Assembly (NCBI GenBank): GCA_013265495.1
Contig: MU058584.1
Coordinates: 2,513,599 to 2,577,598 of the forward strand
Direction of reading: 5' to 3'
Length of the DNA stretch: 64,000 nt
Origin: Vicugna vicugna
Lineage: Eukaryota
Positions within the stretch are counted from its first letter, which is position 1. Every line of letters starts with the position of its first letter. Under the pieces are notes generated by a model. The model was given only the letters and a program-made list of their open reading frames with translations. It had not been told where the DNA came from and did not search any database. The translations under genes and the position numbers were made by a program. Shown here piece after piece: positions 37,111-50,299 of this stretch.

Positions 37111-38004
37111 GGGCCAACGTGGCAACAAGGAGAGGAAAGGTGTTAGAGGTAGAGGGAAGCGCAGGCACCAAGGTGAGGACACCTGGAAAAGCATGTGGAC
37201 TGCAGGGAGCAGGAGATTATCACTATCACCTTGACATAAAGTCATCATCAAAAAGAAAAAAAATTCCTGAAGAAGGGGGTTGTAGAAGTTTGGTCAAAGA
37301 CACAGCATAGAACCTCTCAGTTGGACATGGCAGTAAGCTCTTTATGGGTTTCCATGCCATCCCAGTGCCTCGTCCCTGGGTGGTAAGCAAGCAAAATCCC
37401 TTGGGTTGCCTGGCCTTTTGTGATTCACACAGCACCAGTACCAAAGTGAAGCATCCTGTGTGAGAGGCAGTGCTCACCAAAACGTGTGTCATCCTCTCCC
37501 ATGTCCTGTGGGGCCCGTGACTCTCTGATTTGGGCCCTCATTCAAAATCTGGCCCCTCTTGACCTTCCCTGTTCGAGTGGAATCTTTCTCAGCCTTGGAC
37601 AGATTCTCTTAAAACCAAACTTATAAAAATACCTTTTTTTTTTGTCTAATAATGACTTAGCCACAGTTGCATTTAAATGATTTCATTTTAAATAAACAAT
37701 CCAAAATAAATTTTTTAAATTTAAAAATTGGCTCAAAGTTGTTTATTGCAATTTTTCTTTTTATGACACTGAAAAATTGCAAAGATGTCCATTTGGACGA
37801 TGGTTAACTGAATTATGTACGACATGGAATGGAATAGTAACTTAGTCATAAGCATTTAACTGTCAAAACTTAACTATTTAGAAGTATGGGAGGGTAATCT
37901 ATGGTGTGTGATAAATGTAAAGAAAACACGATCAAGTGAAAGACCGAGACTGCCAGGCCTGCTCTTTTTACTATCACAGGTGGAGGAGGTGGGGGAGGCC
38001 AGCG

Positions 38005-38369
38005 CTCACAGGCACAGCCGTTACACAGGGCCTTTATCACAGAGTATTGTGAACTATGCGGCTGATAAACAGTAGACATTTAATTCTCACAGTGCTGGAG
38101 ATGGAAGTCCAGGATCAGGGAATGAGGGTGGGGTTCTGGTGAGAGCCCTCTTCCTGCTTCCAGACAGCCAACTTCTCCCTGTGTCCTCACATGGAAGAAG
38201 GGTCACAGGAGCTCTCTGGGGCCCCTTTCATAAGGGCACTAATGCTCCTCCAGAGGACGCCACCCTCATGACCTAATCACCTCCTAATGGCCCTCCTAGT
38301 ACCATCACCTTGTCGGTTAGTTTTCAACATATGGATTTTGTGAGGGCACGAATATTCAGTCCACAACAG
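38005..38369 (-). mobile_element. MLT1A-like MaLR LTR
   Basis: ttctcacagtgctggagatggaagtccaggatcagg...tcataagggcactaat...catgacctaatcacctcc...attcagtcca. Confidence 0.85.
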
Positions 38370-39379
38370 CCCAATTCCAATTCCAGAATCTGATGCACAA
38401 GATTAACACCTTGTGGTGGGAGAAGAAAGAGAAAGGAAAAGTGGTGGAGATTGGGGTAAAGGGGGGGAGCAGGTAGGAGAGAAGAATCTGCAGTGGAGGT
38501 AGGTCACTTTTCTCAATTCTTATTTTCTTTGGTCCTAAATTATCTCATGACACACAACCATGTTGGAATTTCTAAAGTACTTCTGAGAATTCATTTACTG
38601 GTTTATAAACAAGACATTCAGAATGATTCCCTGATATCCTAGAATGGACAGCCTCCATGAAACTGGAAAATTCTAAGGCCAACAGAAACTATGAACAGAA
38701 TATGCTCACTTCAAAAAGCCCCCTTTCAAATGATTCTTTGGGTCTCCATAGCAACATCAGTGACTTAGACTCAGTGCACGCAAGCAAGAGAAAGCTATCT
38801 CTACTGCCATTATATGTCGTTGAACCTAAAATGCCTTAGATTATAAGATGCACCCCAATTTCAGACATGTTAATATGTGAAAAAATGTGCATCATATGTG
38901 CAAAATAACCATGGGACTGCAAATGTCGCTGTTACTGAGAGTCCACTGTGTACCAGGCTATTTATGTTCATTCTCCCAGATACTCACCACATTTATATAT
39001 GGTGTGTTCTGTTGTGTGCATTTTACACATCAGGAAATTAAAGCAAAATCAAGGGACTTATATACCAAGGCATACAGTGGGTGAGTGGTGGGACTAGGAT
39101 TCCTGCCAATGTCCAGCTGCCATTTTTCATTACACCGTACTGCTTTCAGTGATTTTGCAAATGCTTTTCCACTGGGGGAGAAAAAAGCAAAAAAAAAAAA
39201 AAGTTATAGAAAGTGCAAGCTGCCCTTTTAGATACTCAAGCCACACAGCCTGGACCATTAGAGACGACTCAGGGTCATGGTTTTGCAACCCTTGGGAAAT
39301 AATGGATCCAGGCAATAGTCACCAAAAAGGGTGATAACCAGACATTCCATACCCACTGATGGGAATACAAAATTGCCTC

Positions 39380-39990
39380 TGCAGCCACAACAAAATGACG
39401 TCCAGGGTTGGTCAGTCTTCTAAGCACTAATCTTAGGACATACAGGAGCAGAGTAACACATCACCGTGGGAGTGAAAACAGGAAAACCCACCCCATGAGA
39501 AAATCCATAGACAAACAACCTGGCTTCCTCACAAGTTAGTTGTAAGGGGAAAAAAAGATTTAAAGGGGGAGCCTATTTCAAGAGAATTAAGAGACTTATC
39601 ACTCAGCTACAAAGCATGCCCTTTATTTGCACCCCTATTGGAAACAAACTATAAAAAATATTATAAGACAATTGAATATATATAGAGAGAGACAATGAGA
39701 CAATTATAAGACTGAATGTCTAATGACATTAAAAATTGTTCACTCTTTCAGGTGTGATAATGGTATTATTAGTTATGTTTTTTAAAAGAGTCTCTATTTA
39801 GAGGTTGTTACTAAGGTATTTATACAAAAACGATGTAATTTGTTTCAAAATAATCTCAAGGTAGGAGAGGAGGTAGGAATTAGGTGGGATACAAAGTGAA
39901 ATAAAGTGGGCTGTGAATGGATGGGCCACATGAGGCTTGTTACATTACAGTATACTTTTGTATACTAGAATTTAAGATTGTTTTTTAAAG
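39380..39990 (+). mobile_element. Old L1 (L1MC/L1ME-like) 3'UTR
   Basis: acaaacaacctgg...aagagactta...ggtgtgataatggtatt...tttgtttcaaaataatc. Confidence 0.6.
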
Positions 39991-41629
39991 AGGAGGCCAC
40001 GTTTAAAATAAGTCGCTTGAATTGCTCTGGCCACTACTCCCAGTACCCCAGCTCCTTTCCCTAATTACTGTTGATCTTTGACTTCTCTTCCCCATCCAGT
40101 CTCTGCCACCTTAGAGCTCCCACTGTTTGACCCTGGCTTCTTGCATTATTTTTGCTTGGATCCCAAGAGCCTCTCTCGCCAAGCCTGTCAAGGGATTTGT
40201 AAGAGTTCCTCAAAACTCCAGGAGGGTTCATAAGCACGAGTGAACAGGAAGCTGCCAGGCTTACCACGTGACACGTGCATCAAGGGAACAACAAATGGTT
40301 CTATTCGTGGACCACCTTGTCCAACCTTCTCACCCAGGACCTGAGCTGGAATCAACTTGCCTGTATTTAGGGGCGCTTGACGAAGTGATACTTACAACCA
40401 ACCCAATCTGATCAACCCATGCTCACTGCAGAAGGGAGGCTCGGCCAGACCAGGGCATGCCAGGGCAGCCCAGCATCCTTGGGAAATACCTGTAGTGTCA
40501 CAGACGCACTGGGAGGGAGCCTGGGGGCAGACTGGGGGGATTCCTCTGAACTCAAGATACTCAAGTCTCTTCCTGTGTAGGGAACTTTTTGGCCATCAAG
40601 TCACATACTTCTTAAGATTACTCTGCCAAGTTTTCATCTGCCCAAGGAAAGCATCCTTAGCCCATTGGTGAGGGAAGACTTGGCAGATTTAACTCACTCC
40701 AGACTTCACAACACACGACTTATGTGGCTGACCCCTGGCTCCCAGGGTGGGAGATGTTTCCTCCTGGGAGGAACATCATGGCCCCAAGGGTTTCTGAGAA
40801 GTTTGACCAACTAGACCTCTGGGAACAGGCATGTTCTCCCCCTAACCTGCTCCAATGGTGGGATAAGCAATAGATCTGCTGGCCCTTCTCATGCTACCAT
40901 TCATCCAGGAGACCCAGCGTCTGGTGCACGGGGCGCTGGGTTTATGTGGACCAGGAGCCCACGGCTCAGACTAAGACTAGAGACAGAGAACAGTCAAGGG
41001 AGACACTGGCCTGCCATTCAAATGCACCAGCGTCACTGAAGTTTATGGAACAGGACGGGCAGGAGCTGCCCTGAATCACTGCATCTGCAGCATTTCCCAC
41101 CCCACTCCCCCCTCCCCTCCGCCAGAGCGCACGAACCTCTCAGCAAGGTGAGCATTTAATCCTTACAACAATGTGCAGACACACACACACACATACACAC
41201 ATACTTTTTTTCCCCACAGAACGTGGTTATACTAGAACATTATGTTACAAGCATTTCCTTTTCACATAATAATATATTATGAACATTGTTTCATGTCTTT
41301 ATTTTTTTTAAAAAAATAGTCTGATTTGGGGAGTCAGACAAACTGGGATTGGAGTCCCAGTTCAACCAGGATCTAGGCAAGGTGGCTAGCCTCTCAAAGC
41401 TTTCGTTTTCTCACCTGTTTGATAGAGCTAATATTATTTTCTAATCATAAGGTTGTTAGGAAGATTGTTCTGATACCATTGAAAGTGACCTCATGGATAA
41501 TCACCGTGGCTAATGCGTAGTAAGTAGCTGCCAGGTACCATCAAAAAACCCTTCAACACGTTAGTCATTATTATTTTCCCATAAAGGCATCTGAAGTGGT
41601 GTCAGTATTCTATTCCACGGAGAGTACCC

Positions 41630-42086
41630 TGTGGGGTTAGCGGGCACCACCTTCCCGGCATGTAGATGTGTGCAGCAATCCAGAAGCTCTCCAACCCTGC
41701 ATTTCAGAGATTTTTATGGTGGTTTCATCTCATAGGCATGATAGCACATTAACTCAAGCTTCAGATCCTGTTCCCTCTCCAGAGAATGAGGGACGGATCT
41801 GAAATTTCCAAGCTTTTAATCATGGCTAATGGTCTTTCCTCATCCTGATGCCATTCCAGAGCCCACCCAGGGTCACGGCATTAGGGCAAAAGACACTGCT
41901 GTCACTCAGGAAATTCCTGGAATTTGGAAGCGCTGCGCCAGAAACTAGAGTCAAAGACCAGATATTTGAACAAAAGATGCTCCTAGTGCTCTTAGCACTT
42001 AGGAAACTTCAAACGCTTTAAGAGAGCTGAGCCAGGAACCGAGGGCAGATACACATAAATATATGCATATTCTTAACTGTGTCGCA
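41630..42086 (-). mobile_element. MER21-like LTR fragment
   Basis: gaagctctccaacc...gatttttatggtggtttcat...taggcatgat...cactcaggaaattcc...caaagaccagatat...aaaagatgctcct. Confidence 0.8.
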
Positions 42087-42709
42087 GGGGGAAAAGCAGG
42101 GGCTGCAGGCAGACACCTTGGCCAGCCAGGTCCTGCCCTGCGCTCTCTGTGAGTAACCGCGTGTGGGAGACGCTGCAGCGGAGCTGCAGTGTTGTGCTGG
42201 ACCACAAGGTGGAGACTTCGCCTTGTAGACTGGAAACCCCGGCGCATCTTTCAGGGAAGGCACGGAAAGGCCAGGGCGGCAGGTCCTTGCCCAGCGCCTA
42301 GGGGAGCCTGCGCTGCACCCTGCCCTCCCGAAGCGGCTGCACTGAGTGGTTTTTGTTCTATTTAAATTTCACTTAGCAAGGTTTAGACTGTCGGCTGGGT
42401 TTTTTTGCTTGTTGTTTGTTTTTTGTTTTTTTAATCATCCCTGTTGGTTTCTGTTCTGGGGGTTATTTTTCCATTCTTTTTTTTCAGGTCCACTCTTGCT
42501 GCAGTTTAAGAAAATTCATGTAACTTTGATTTCATATTTAAAGGCTGATTAGGTAGAGAAATCTCTGTCAAAAAAGTTCTTTGGAGATGTACTGAGGAAC
42601 AGGTTACCTGACTGCTTTTTAACTTTACACTTAGATGCCCCCTCCTTCTGTTCTCATGAGCAGACAACTTGCCTTCAGAGTCTGTCCAGTAAGAGTCATC
42701 ACGGTGCCT

Positions 42710-43095
42710 TCACAGACACACACACAAACACACAGCCTCGCACGTACCCCTCCTCACTCACAGACACACACACTCACACGCTTACATGCAGATCCTCATT
42801 CATTCACATATATCTGCACACGTGTGTGCATGCCAACACACACTGGTCTCATGCAAACACATCCGCCTACATGTTCATTTACATACACACTTACACATAT
42901 ACTCTCACATAAATGTACATCCACACACATACCCTCACACATGCATACACACTCACCTACACATATGTGCACACACATACATGTGCAAACTCCCACTCAT
43001 AAGCATTCATTGCCACACTCACACACTTATATACACAGTCCCTCGCACACACATATGCACAATTCACTCACCACTTATAACACATACTTACATAT
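42710..43095. repeat. Degenerate CA-rich simple repeat, ~385 bp
   Basis: Continuous cacaca/cataca/cactca units. Confidence 0.9.
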
Positions 43096-45529
43096 GTGTC
43101 CCAAGTAAGACTAGGAAGTGTTAAAACACGTTTCTGCATCTCCAGCACCTAGCACAACTCTGGGCATCAAATATAAGGAAAAGCAAAAACAAACAAACAA
43201 AAGAAAACGTTTGAAACAGGAAGAAGAAAAATTTTATCTGTTCAACTCCTTCTTCCGGGTAGATTCATTTTTTGAAAGAGCAAACACTGGTCCATTTGTC
43301 ACTCACCAGAATGTGTTATAAATGTCAAAACCTGGAATTCATGGCCCAACCTACATCAAAAAACAAGCATCAGAAGTCAGAGTGAAACGCACGCAAGTTT
43401 GATTGTTGCTCTAAGCAAACTGTCCAAACGAGGTTTGATGGCATGACTTCGAGATAAGCGTAATCACTCCCCTTTTACACAGGAAGACACCACCACCACC
43501 ACCCCCTCCCCCCCGGAGAAATTGAGTGGCATTTGTCATCAAACTGAGCTCTCTTTGGCAGGGAGCACATCCAGGACATCCCACTTGTACCTCAAGTCCT
43601 AGCAGGGTACCTGACTCCCTAGCGTCTTACTCAGGATGTGAATGTAAGACTAGGGTGTGAGTGCATCCGTGAGTGTGTGTATGAGTGAGAAGCTTTAGCC
43701 GAATAAGAGAATGCGGCTCAAAGGCACACGAGTGCAGAGGCACATGTGAACTCAATGCCAGCCTGACTTCCAAGTACATGTTCTTTCTAGGACAACCACT
43801 GCCATTTGAGGTTCACAACCAAAGGTACACTACAGAGAAGCCACAAGGTCCAATGCCCTGGGATGTGGTCCAGAGGTAGTCTACTGTCCCCTAAACGCCA
43901 GCTTCTAAGGTTGCACGCAGGGAACTCCAGGTCTGGGTCACACCATGTTCAGGCAATTTACATAGTACAGTAGCCACTCCTGGGCATGGTTCCGTTTTCT
44001 TAACATAGAGATTTTCTTTCTCTCCACATATTTTAAGCTACTCATTCTAGTTTTTGACATTTTAAAGTATCATCTATTTAAAATGTTAAACCACTTAGTT
44101 TTCTTTAAACTGTTTTTGTCTATTTTTCTTAAGACTTTTCTCTAGAAACACATGGATACTTGTGGAACATCCCAAGATCTGAACATTTGGTGAAGAGGCT
44201 CTCTTCTAGATGTCTGAGGAGAGGTGGTTTCAGGGGAGTCCTGAAGGGGAGCTGACATCTACCACATGGACCGCGGGCAGAGAGCTTCCTCGCCAGAGGC
44301 GATGCTTTCAAAGCTGCAGTGCTGTGTTTGGGGAGAAAAGGGCAAAAGATGACATTGAAACAGTCTTTGAGGCAAGGTGCCAAAATACTTCCTCTCCATG
44401 CACACTAAGGAATAAAGATTCGGGGCTTGATTTGATAGGCATGAATGAGTCTTAAAATTAGAACAAATGAACCTCTAATGACCTGTATCCTAACGGATGA
44501 ACGTGACCTGTTCCCATGTGACGTTTCATGTCACCTGAAGCAGCCAGGTCTGTTTCGAGTTTATGACTGACTAGGAAAGCTTTATGTCAAAGAAGGGGAG
44601 GTTTTGCCTAAGAATAAATTACACAATTGATTGAGCTGACTGCTTTGGCCATTTCTTTGAGCTTTCATGGAAATGGAGCAGACCTGAACCAAGATTTTCA
44701 CAAAAGCAGTCATCGACCAAACAAGGCCACTGAGGTGCTTTGTGGTTGGAACTGGGGCCAGCCTTCATCTTCTCTGTCTGCACCCCTCACCCTGTATGCT
44801 GCTACATGACACCACAGGCTTAGCCAGGTTGCAGTGCAATGAATGACCCGGCACGTGCCTACTTTCCCAGCAGACCTTAAGTTCCTTGAAGGTAAGTGCA
44901 TGCCTTATTCAGGAATTATTCAACAAATATTTATAAATGCAAAATTGGCGCCAGACACTGTGTTAGGGACTGGATTGGCAAAGATGAGTAGCCCCAATGG
45001 GGCTCCCAGGTTCAGCAAGTAGTCACAGTTCTGTGTCTTGAGCACCGCGATTGGGAAAATGCAGGGTGCCGGGGGCTCACCTCCAGGCCACCCACAGTGG
45101 ACTTGAGGGTTTGGGGTTGCATCCTAGAGGCAGGGAAATCTAAGTCAAGTTTTAAAAGATGTGCAGGAGTTAAAGCTCCTCCGTATTTGGTGCAGGACCT
45201 GACCCACTCCCTAATTGTCTGATGGAGGAAGGGTAGAAACTAAAGAGGGCGTGCAAAGAAACTAGAGGAAGGAGTAAAAAGGTAAAACTGTAGGTGGGGG
45301 AACCTCCTGGTCCCAGGCTCTTTCCCAGACAAATCCCTGAGCATCCCACGAACTCTTCCTAAACGCTGGCCCTAGAGATAAGATCCGTCCTCTGGTTGGC
45401 TCCGGGCTCGTTCCCATCTCGGCGCCCAGCTCTCTCGCTCCACCAACCTGCAGTCTGTGTAATTACTTAACGGCTCTTAAAAAGTTTCCTCCCTCTTTTC
45501 CACCCTTCCTTTTAACCCCAACAGCTTCG

Positions 45530-46030
45530 TGAAAACTTGCCAGCAGCAGGCCTGCCGGGCCGGCTGAGATGGGGGCGGCTGAGCGCCGGGAGCTCCCCCT
45601 CGGCCGCGCACCCGGCAGGTGCCCGGGCCCTGCCTCCACGTGCGCCTCGCGCCGCGCAAAGCGCTGTCACGACTTGGTGGCCGAGGTGATTAATTAGCGG
45701 CGTGGCCGAGCGGGGGGGGACGCGTGCTGGCCGCCACATCTGCCCCGCGACAGCAGGGGTCAGGATGCGGTGTCACTTCTTTCCCTCTCACTCCCTCCAA
45801 AGCCTAATTGGCTGTGACACGCGGGCCAGCTGTTCTGAGAGGCGGAGCGCGGCGGGCGTTTTGAGGACGGAGGCTGCGGCGGCCAGGCTGGTGCGCCTGC
45901 GGCGGGCGCGCGCTGCTGCCTGCCGGCGGCCGGCCACATCTTTGTTCCAGGACCGGGGCAGGCTGGAGGCTGTGGGCTTCAGCATCCCGTTTTTTCTCAG
46001 CTTTCCTCCGGATCACAGCCAGGAGGTTGG
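45530..46030. promoter_or_regulatory. CpG island (candidate promoter or enhancer)
   Basis: Very GC- and CpG-dense unique sequence in an otherwise CpG-depleted window. Contains CACGTG 45637-45642, TAATTA 45691-45696, ATTGG 45807-45811 and repeated TGTCAC. Confidence 0.8.
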
Positions 46031-49000
46031 GTACAGAAAAAAAGGAGGAAATTTCGAAGCACCCTTGCCTCCCCCGCCAAACACCCAGAAATCTCCCTCC
46101 CCTCCTGGACTGAAATCACTGTGCCCCTCTTACTAGTCTTACAGTGGAATAAACTCAATCAGATTCATTCCTGCTAAGGAAAAGAGAGGATGTATGGGCT
46201 GGAGTGGGAGGCCGGGAGGAAGAAAGATGGGGCGGATTTGGAGCATCCGGCATGGGGATGGGGAAGATGCCAGGGTTGGGAGGCGGTCTGTACCTCCAAG
46301 AATTGGCTTGAGTACGGGAGGGAGAGGGAGAAGCGTAGGAGATGGGGGCACAGGCCTGGTGTTGGCAAAAATGCAAAGGGCTTTGCCCAGTTTGTGGGAT
46401 AAACGTGATTCAAGAAGGAATACACTTTTTTAGAAGCCTTGCGAGCCTTTAGAATACATTTCTACTCAGCAGCAGCAGTGTCCTGCAGCCTCTCTGATTT
46501 TTGAATGCAATGAGCAGAGCTGCTGTCTGGATTGAGAAGGGAGCAGAGGGGAAGAACTCTGATATTTATGAAGATAAAGACCGTGTACCAGAAAGGATGC
46601 TGTGCACTTCTGTATGCCTGGGAGGTGGGTGGGGACAGGCTCCTGGCCTCTCCAGATACTGCTACTCAGAGTTGAGCTAGGTGGGGAATTCCAGTGATGG
46701 GTTCCTTTGTTTCATTCATTCAACAGCTTTGACAGACCCCGACTCTGCCAGGCACCAGGATGGGCACCGAGACATAAAAGAGCCGGAGGAGCTGACCAGG
46801 AGGCTGAGAAACAAAAAACAGAGTGCTGGTTCAACCCAGGGCAAGAGGCGGTGCGAGAGATCCAGGCAAGGTGGCACAGGGTTCTGGGTCAAAGGGGAGA
46901 GTCTGGGGAAGCCCCGGGAGGCCTCATGAAAAAGGAACTCCTAAGCTGAGTGTTGAAGATGTGGGCATCAGCCAGGAAGGACTGGCATGGTTCAGGCAGA
47001 GGGAAACCCGAGCTTAAGCCTGGGCAGGCAGAGGTCGCCAGTGCTGGGGGCAGCACAGCCATCCTCCGCTCCCTCTTCTTCTCCTGGCAGAACTCGGGGT
47101 AAGACCAGCTCGGCCGGTGGGGACACTACCCACCCCTGTAGGTATACAGGGCAGACAGATCCTCAAGATAGCCCTCCTTTTAGAGAACCAAGAACTGCTT
47201 GCTCCCACAAGTGGGGAGCCAGTGGGGTGGGGAGGACCGGGAGGCCCCCTCAGCCGCTGGGGTCATAATAACCTCATTAGACGCAGGGAGGATGCCCTGC
47301 ACAGGTAGTGGCTGGCGCTGGTGGCCCCATGTGCTGTCAGCAGTTAGAGCAGCTGTAATCGCCGCTGAAGCTCCTGCCTCACACCTCGCCTCTCATTAGC
47401 CCCCTGCCGGGCTGCCGCGAAGGCAGATGAGAAAGTGCTGTGGCATCTTCAGCCCGCTTCCTCCTGGACCACCGTCCTGCCGCTCCCTTAACCCAACAGT
47501 AGCTTTGTCCCCTCTTTCTGGGTCCTCTAGCTTCTAAAGCAAGGACATAGGGACTAGGGGTGGAGAAACTAGGAAATCAGCTTCGTCCTTGGCTCCTTGG
47601 GGTCCAGATGTTCTGACATCCCTGCTAAACATGGAAGGAACCATGCTCCAGGAGGCGCCCCAGCGGCTGAGCCGGGCCTGGCCCTTCATTCTCAATTGAG
47701 TATGGTGACTTGCTCCCGTCTGAGGTATTTGGACCAAGCAGGATGGGCAGGACAGCTTGACAGGGAACAAGGGTGCTCCTCAGATGCTGGCAGTCTAATG
47801 GGGAGGAGTGAGGTCACAGTGTGCAAGGGAAAAAAGCAGTGCAGCCATGGAGAAGGTGTCCTGGTGCTGGATGAGTAGTGAGAGGAACAGGCAAAGTGAA
47901 TCCCAAGGTGATGGAGGAGCTGGGCTTGGCAGGTATCCTCTGAGCCTACTGTGTGCTACTGACTAGAACTGGAAAGACTACCAGAAGGTGTGTCCCCTTG
48001 GAGGAGGTCACAGTCCAGCAGGGACCTGAGGACTGAGGCTTGGGACATCCCAAGCAGAGCACACGATGGAAGCAGGGGCGCCAGGTGAGGGACAGACAGA
48101 GCAGGACAGAGAGCTGGCAGAGAGGAGCTGGAGTGAGTGCGATGGGATGGGGTGGGGCTGTGATGGGGAGAGTGCCCCGAATTCGCAGCAGCGGAAGGAG
48201 CTAAGACAGCCTGGGCACAGTGCTCCATCTAGGAGAGCTTTTCAGGATCTGCAGCCGCTCCTCTCCCTGACCCTTCTTTGCTTATGTAGCAAGAGCAGGA
48301 GACTCTAAGCTAGGGCTTCACAGGACTTCTCAGGTGGATACAGCATCCTTGCTGCTCCGCAGCCTCTTCCCGTGTCCATCACAGGGGCTTTCCTTCAATC
48401 CCTACACTGCAGCCCACTCACTCATAAAAAGTTTCAATTTAGCTGTTTTGTCTTGGGAATTTTGTATACAGTCAAGATGCTTTGGAGAAGTCGAGAAGAA
48501 ATAATCATCATCTATTTTTAACTCTGCACTATCAAGAAATAAGCTTTACTGATTTTCCAATCCCTACACCCCCTACCACTGAGACCACCTCCCTGAGCAG
48601 AGCAGACTAATTTTTTTTATTTAATGCACTGAGCAGTAATTTTGGCATCTGGTGGGTGTAGCCTTCTTAAGTCCAGGGCTGGGAGATCTTCATACCTCCC
48701 TCTGTTCTGCCAAGTGCAGGGCCCAGCATTCAGCAAGAGTGTTGGTGAAATCGCACAGCTTTCTTGGAACCTTCAAGGTCACTCAGCAGAAGTGTGAGGA
48801 CAGCCAATCAAGGCCGAATCAGGTGCAACTTTGTGAAAGGCAAGGTGACACCGGAGGCTCAGGCAGAACTGGGATTGTCCACCACCTGTTCGGTGCCTCC
48901 ACCTGCCATGTAGAGTTTTGCTGAGCTGCTGGAGGCAGCCGTCTGTCTTTGCTCCATCTTTTTATTCATTTCAGCCCTGCTTGCCGCTCTGACATTGGCA

Positions 49001-49069
49001 CTTGGCTCGCTCACACGGCCCTTTAAGGCAGCTTTTCCCACAGTGTATTCGGCGAAAATCTAGACTCTC

Positions 49070-49360
49070 GGTTAAATAATTTAATTTAAAAAATAAATAA
49101 TATATAAAATAAATAAATCATGGGAGAGGGTTCTAATTCTGTGGCCCTATAATTAGTGGCATTATAATTTTAAAAAATGAATATTTAAAAATAAATTATT
49201 TGTAAAATAAATAACAAAATAAATTCAATTTTAAAATAAATAATAAAATAAAATAAAATAATTTTATTTTAAGTAATTTTAAGTAAAATTAATTTAAAAA
49301 TAAAAAGTTTAATTAAAAATTAATAATAAATTTAAAAAATAAATAATGAAATAAAATAAA
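49070..49360. repeat. AT-rich low-complexity tract with a ~70-bp direct repeat
   Basis: Nearly pure A/T; the unit ending aataaatcatggg(a)gagggttct...ctgtgg.cctat occurs twice. Confidence 0.9.
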
Positions 49361-50048
49361 TCATGGGGAGGGTTCTGGTCCTGTGGTCCTATTAGTTTGG
49401 GAAGTGTGACAACTGCATTCCCCTTGCACATTCGCCTATTCAGGGTCCTATAACCAGGAAGATCTGTTTAATTTTATTTATTGTAGCTGCTCCATTTTTT
49501 TTTTAATCACAGAGGCTCCCTTCTATGTAACACCTATTAGTGGCCCACAGAACTTGGATTTTCTAGAATGCACTTGGGGTAAATGGTGATGGCCTACGGG
49601 ACCATCAATGGCAGTTTGAGGTGGGCTATCTTACTGGGCTACCCTTGAAGGTACAGAGCCTTCCTGAAGCACAGGAGTAATTCTTTCATGACAACCAGTG
49701 GGTAGGCAGATGGTAGCCCCACTGGTGCCTCTGAAATCACATCTCATGGGTGACCTCCTACTCTATGCAGGGTGCTGCGGTAGCCGCGGGGTTCTGGAGA
49801 GGCACTGGGCATCACTTCAGAAATCAAGAGCGTGCCTCTTTTGTGACACAATGCAGAGGTTAAAGCGGATCCCCTCAAATAAATTACTACTTACACAGTT
49901 TATTTAGAAAAGCAAAATTTCATATGCACACTGAAAATCAGAGAGGGATGGGAGAGCCACCTTCAGTTTAATCAAAATTTGCTCTCCAGTACACTTTTTA
50001 GCCAAGTAGGCACTGTGTATGAACAAAAGAAGGTAGGAAATAATTATT

Positions 50049-50205
50049 TATATATCTATATTTATATAAATATATATATAACATATATATTTATATAAAT
50101 ATAGATATATTTTATATATATATTTAATGGAAGAACTGGAGATTGAACCCAGGACTTTGTACATATGAAACACCTACTCTAACACTGAGCTATTACCCTC
50201 TCCCA
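50049..50205 (-). mobile_element. tRNA-derived SINE (Vic-1-like) with a (TA)n tail
   Basis: ctggagattgaacccaggactttgtacat...ctctaacactgagctattaccctctccc; TSD aataattatt at 50039-50048 and 50210-50219. Confidence 0.8.
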
Positions 50206-50299
50206 GGGTAATAATTATTATTAAATAAAGAGTACAACATCAGCTCTTTTCCATATCACATCTGAAAACAAAATAAGAAGTGAGTTCAAATTACTGAAG

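Noticed and set aside
42635..43124. His/Thr-rich ORFs
   Set aside because: Translation of the CA-rich simple repeat.
45702..46136. 144-aa Arg/Ala-rich ORF in the CpG island
   Set aside because: Expected from stop-codon scarcity in GC-rich DNA; it begins at GTG rather than ATG, has no recognisable domain, and overlapping ORFs occur on both strands.
49070..49400. CRISPR-like or regular repeat array
   Set aside because: Only two diverged units in low-complexity eukaryotic DNA, with no regular spacers or associated genes.
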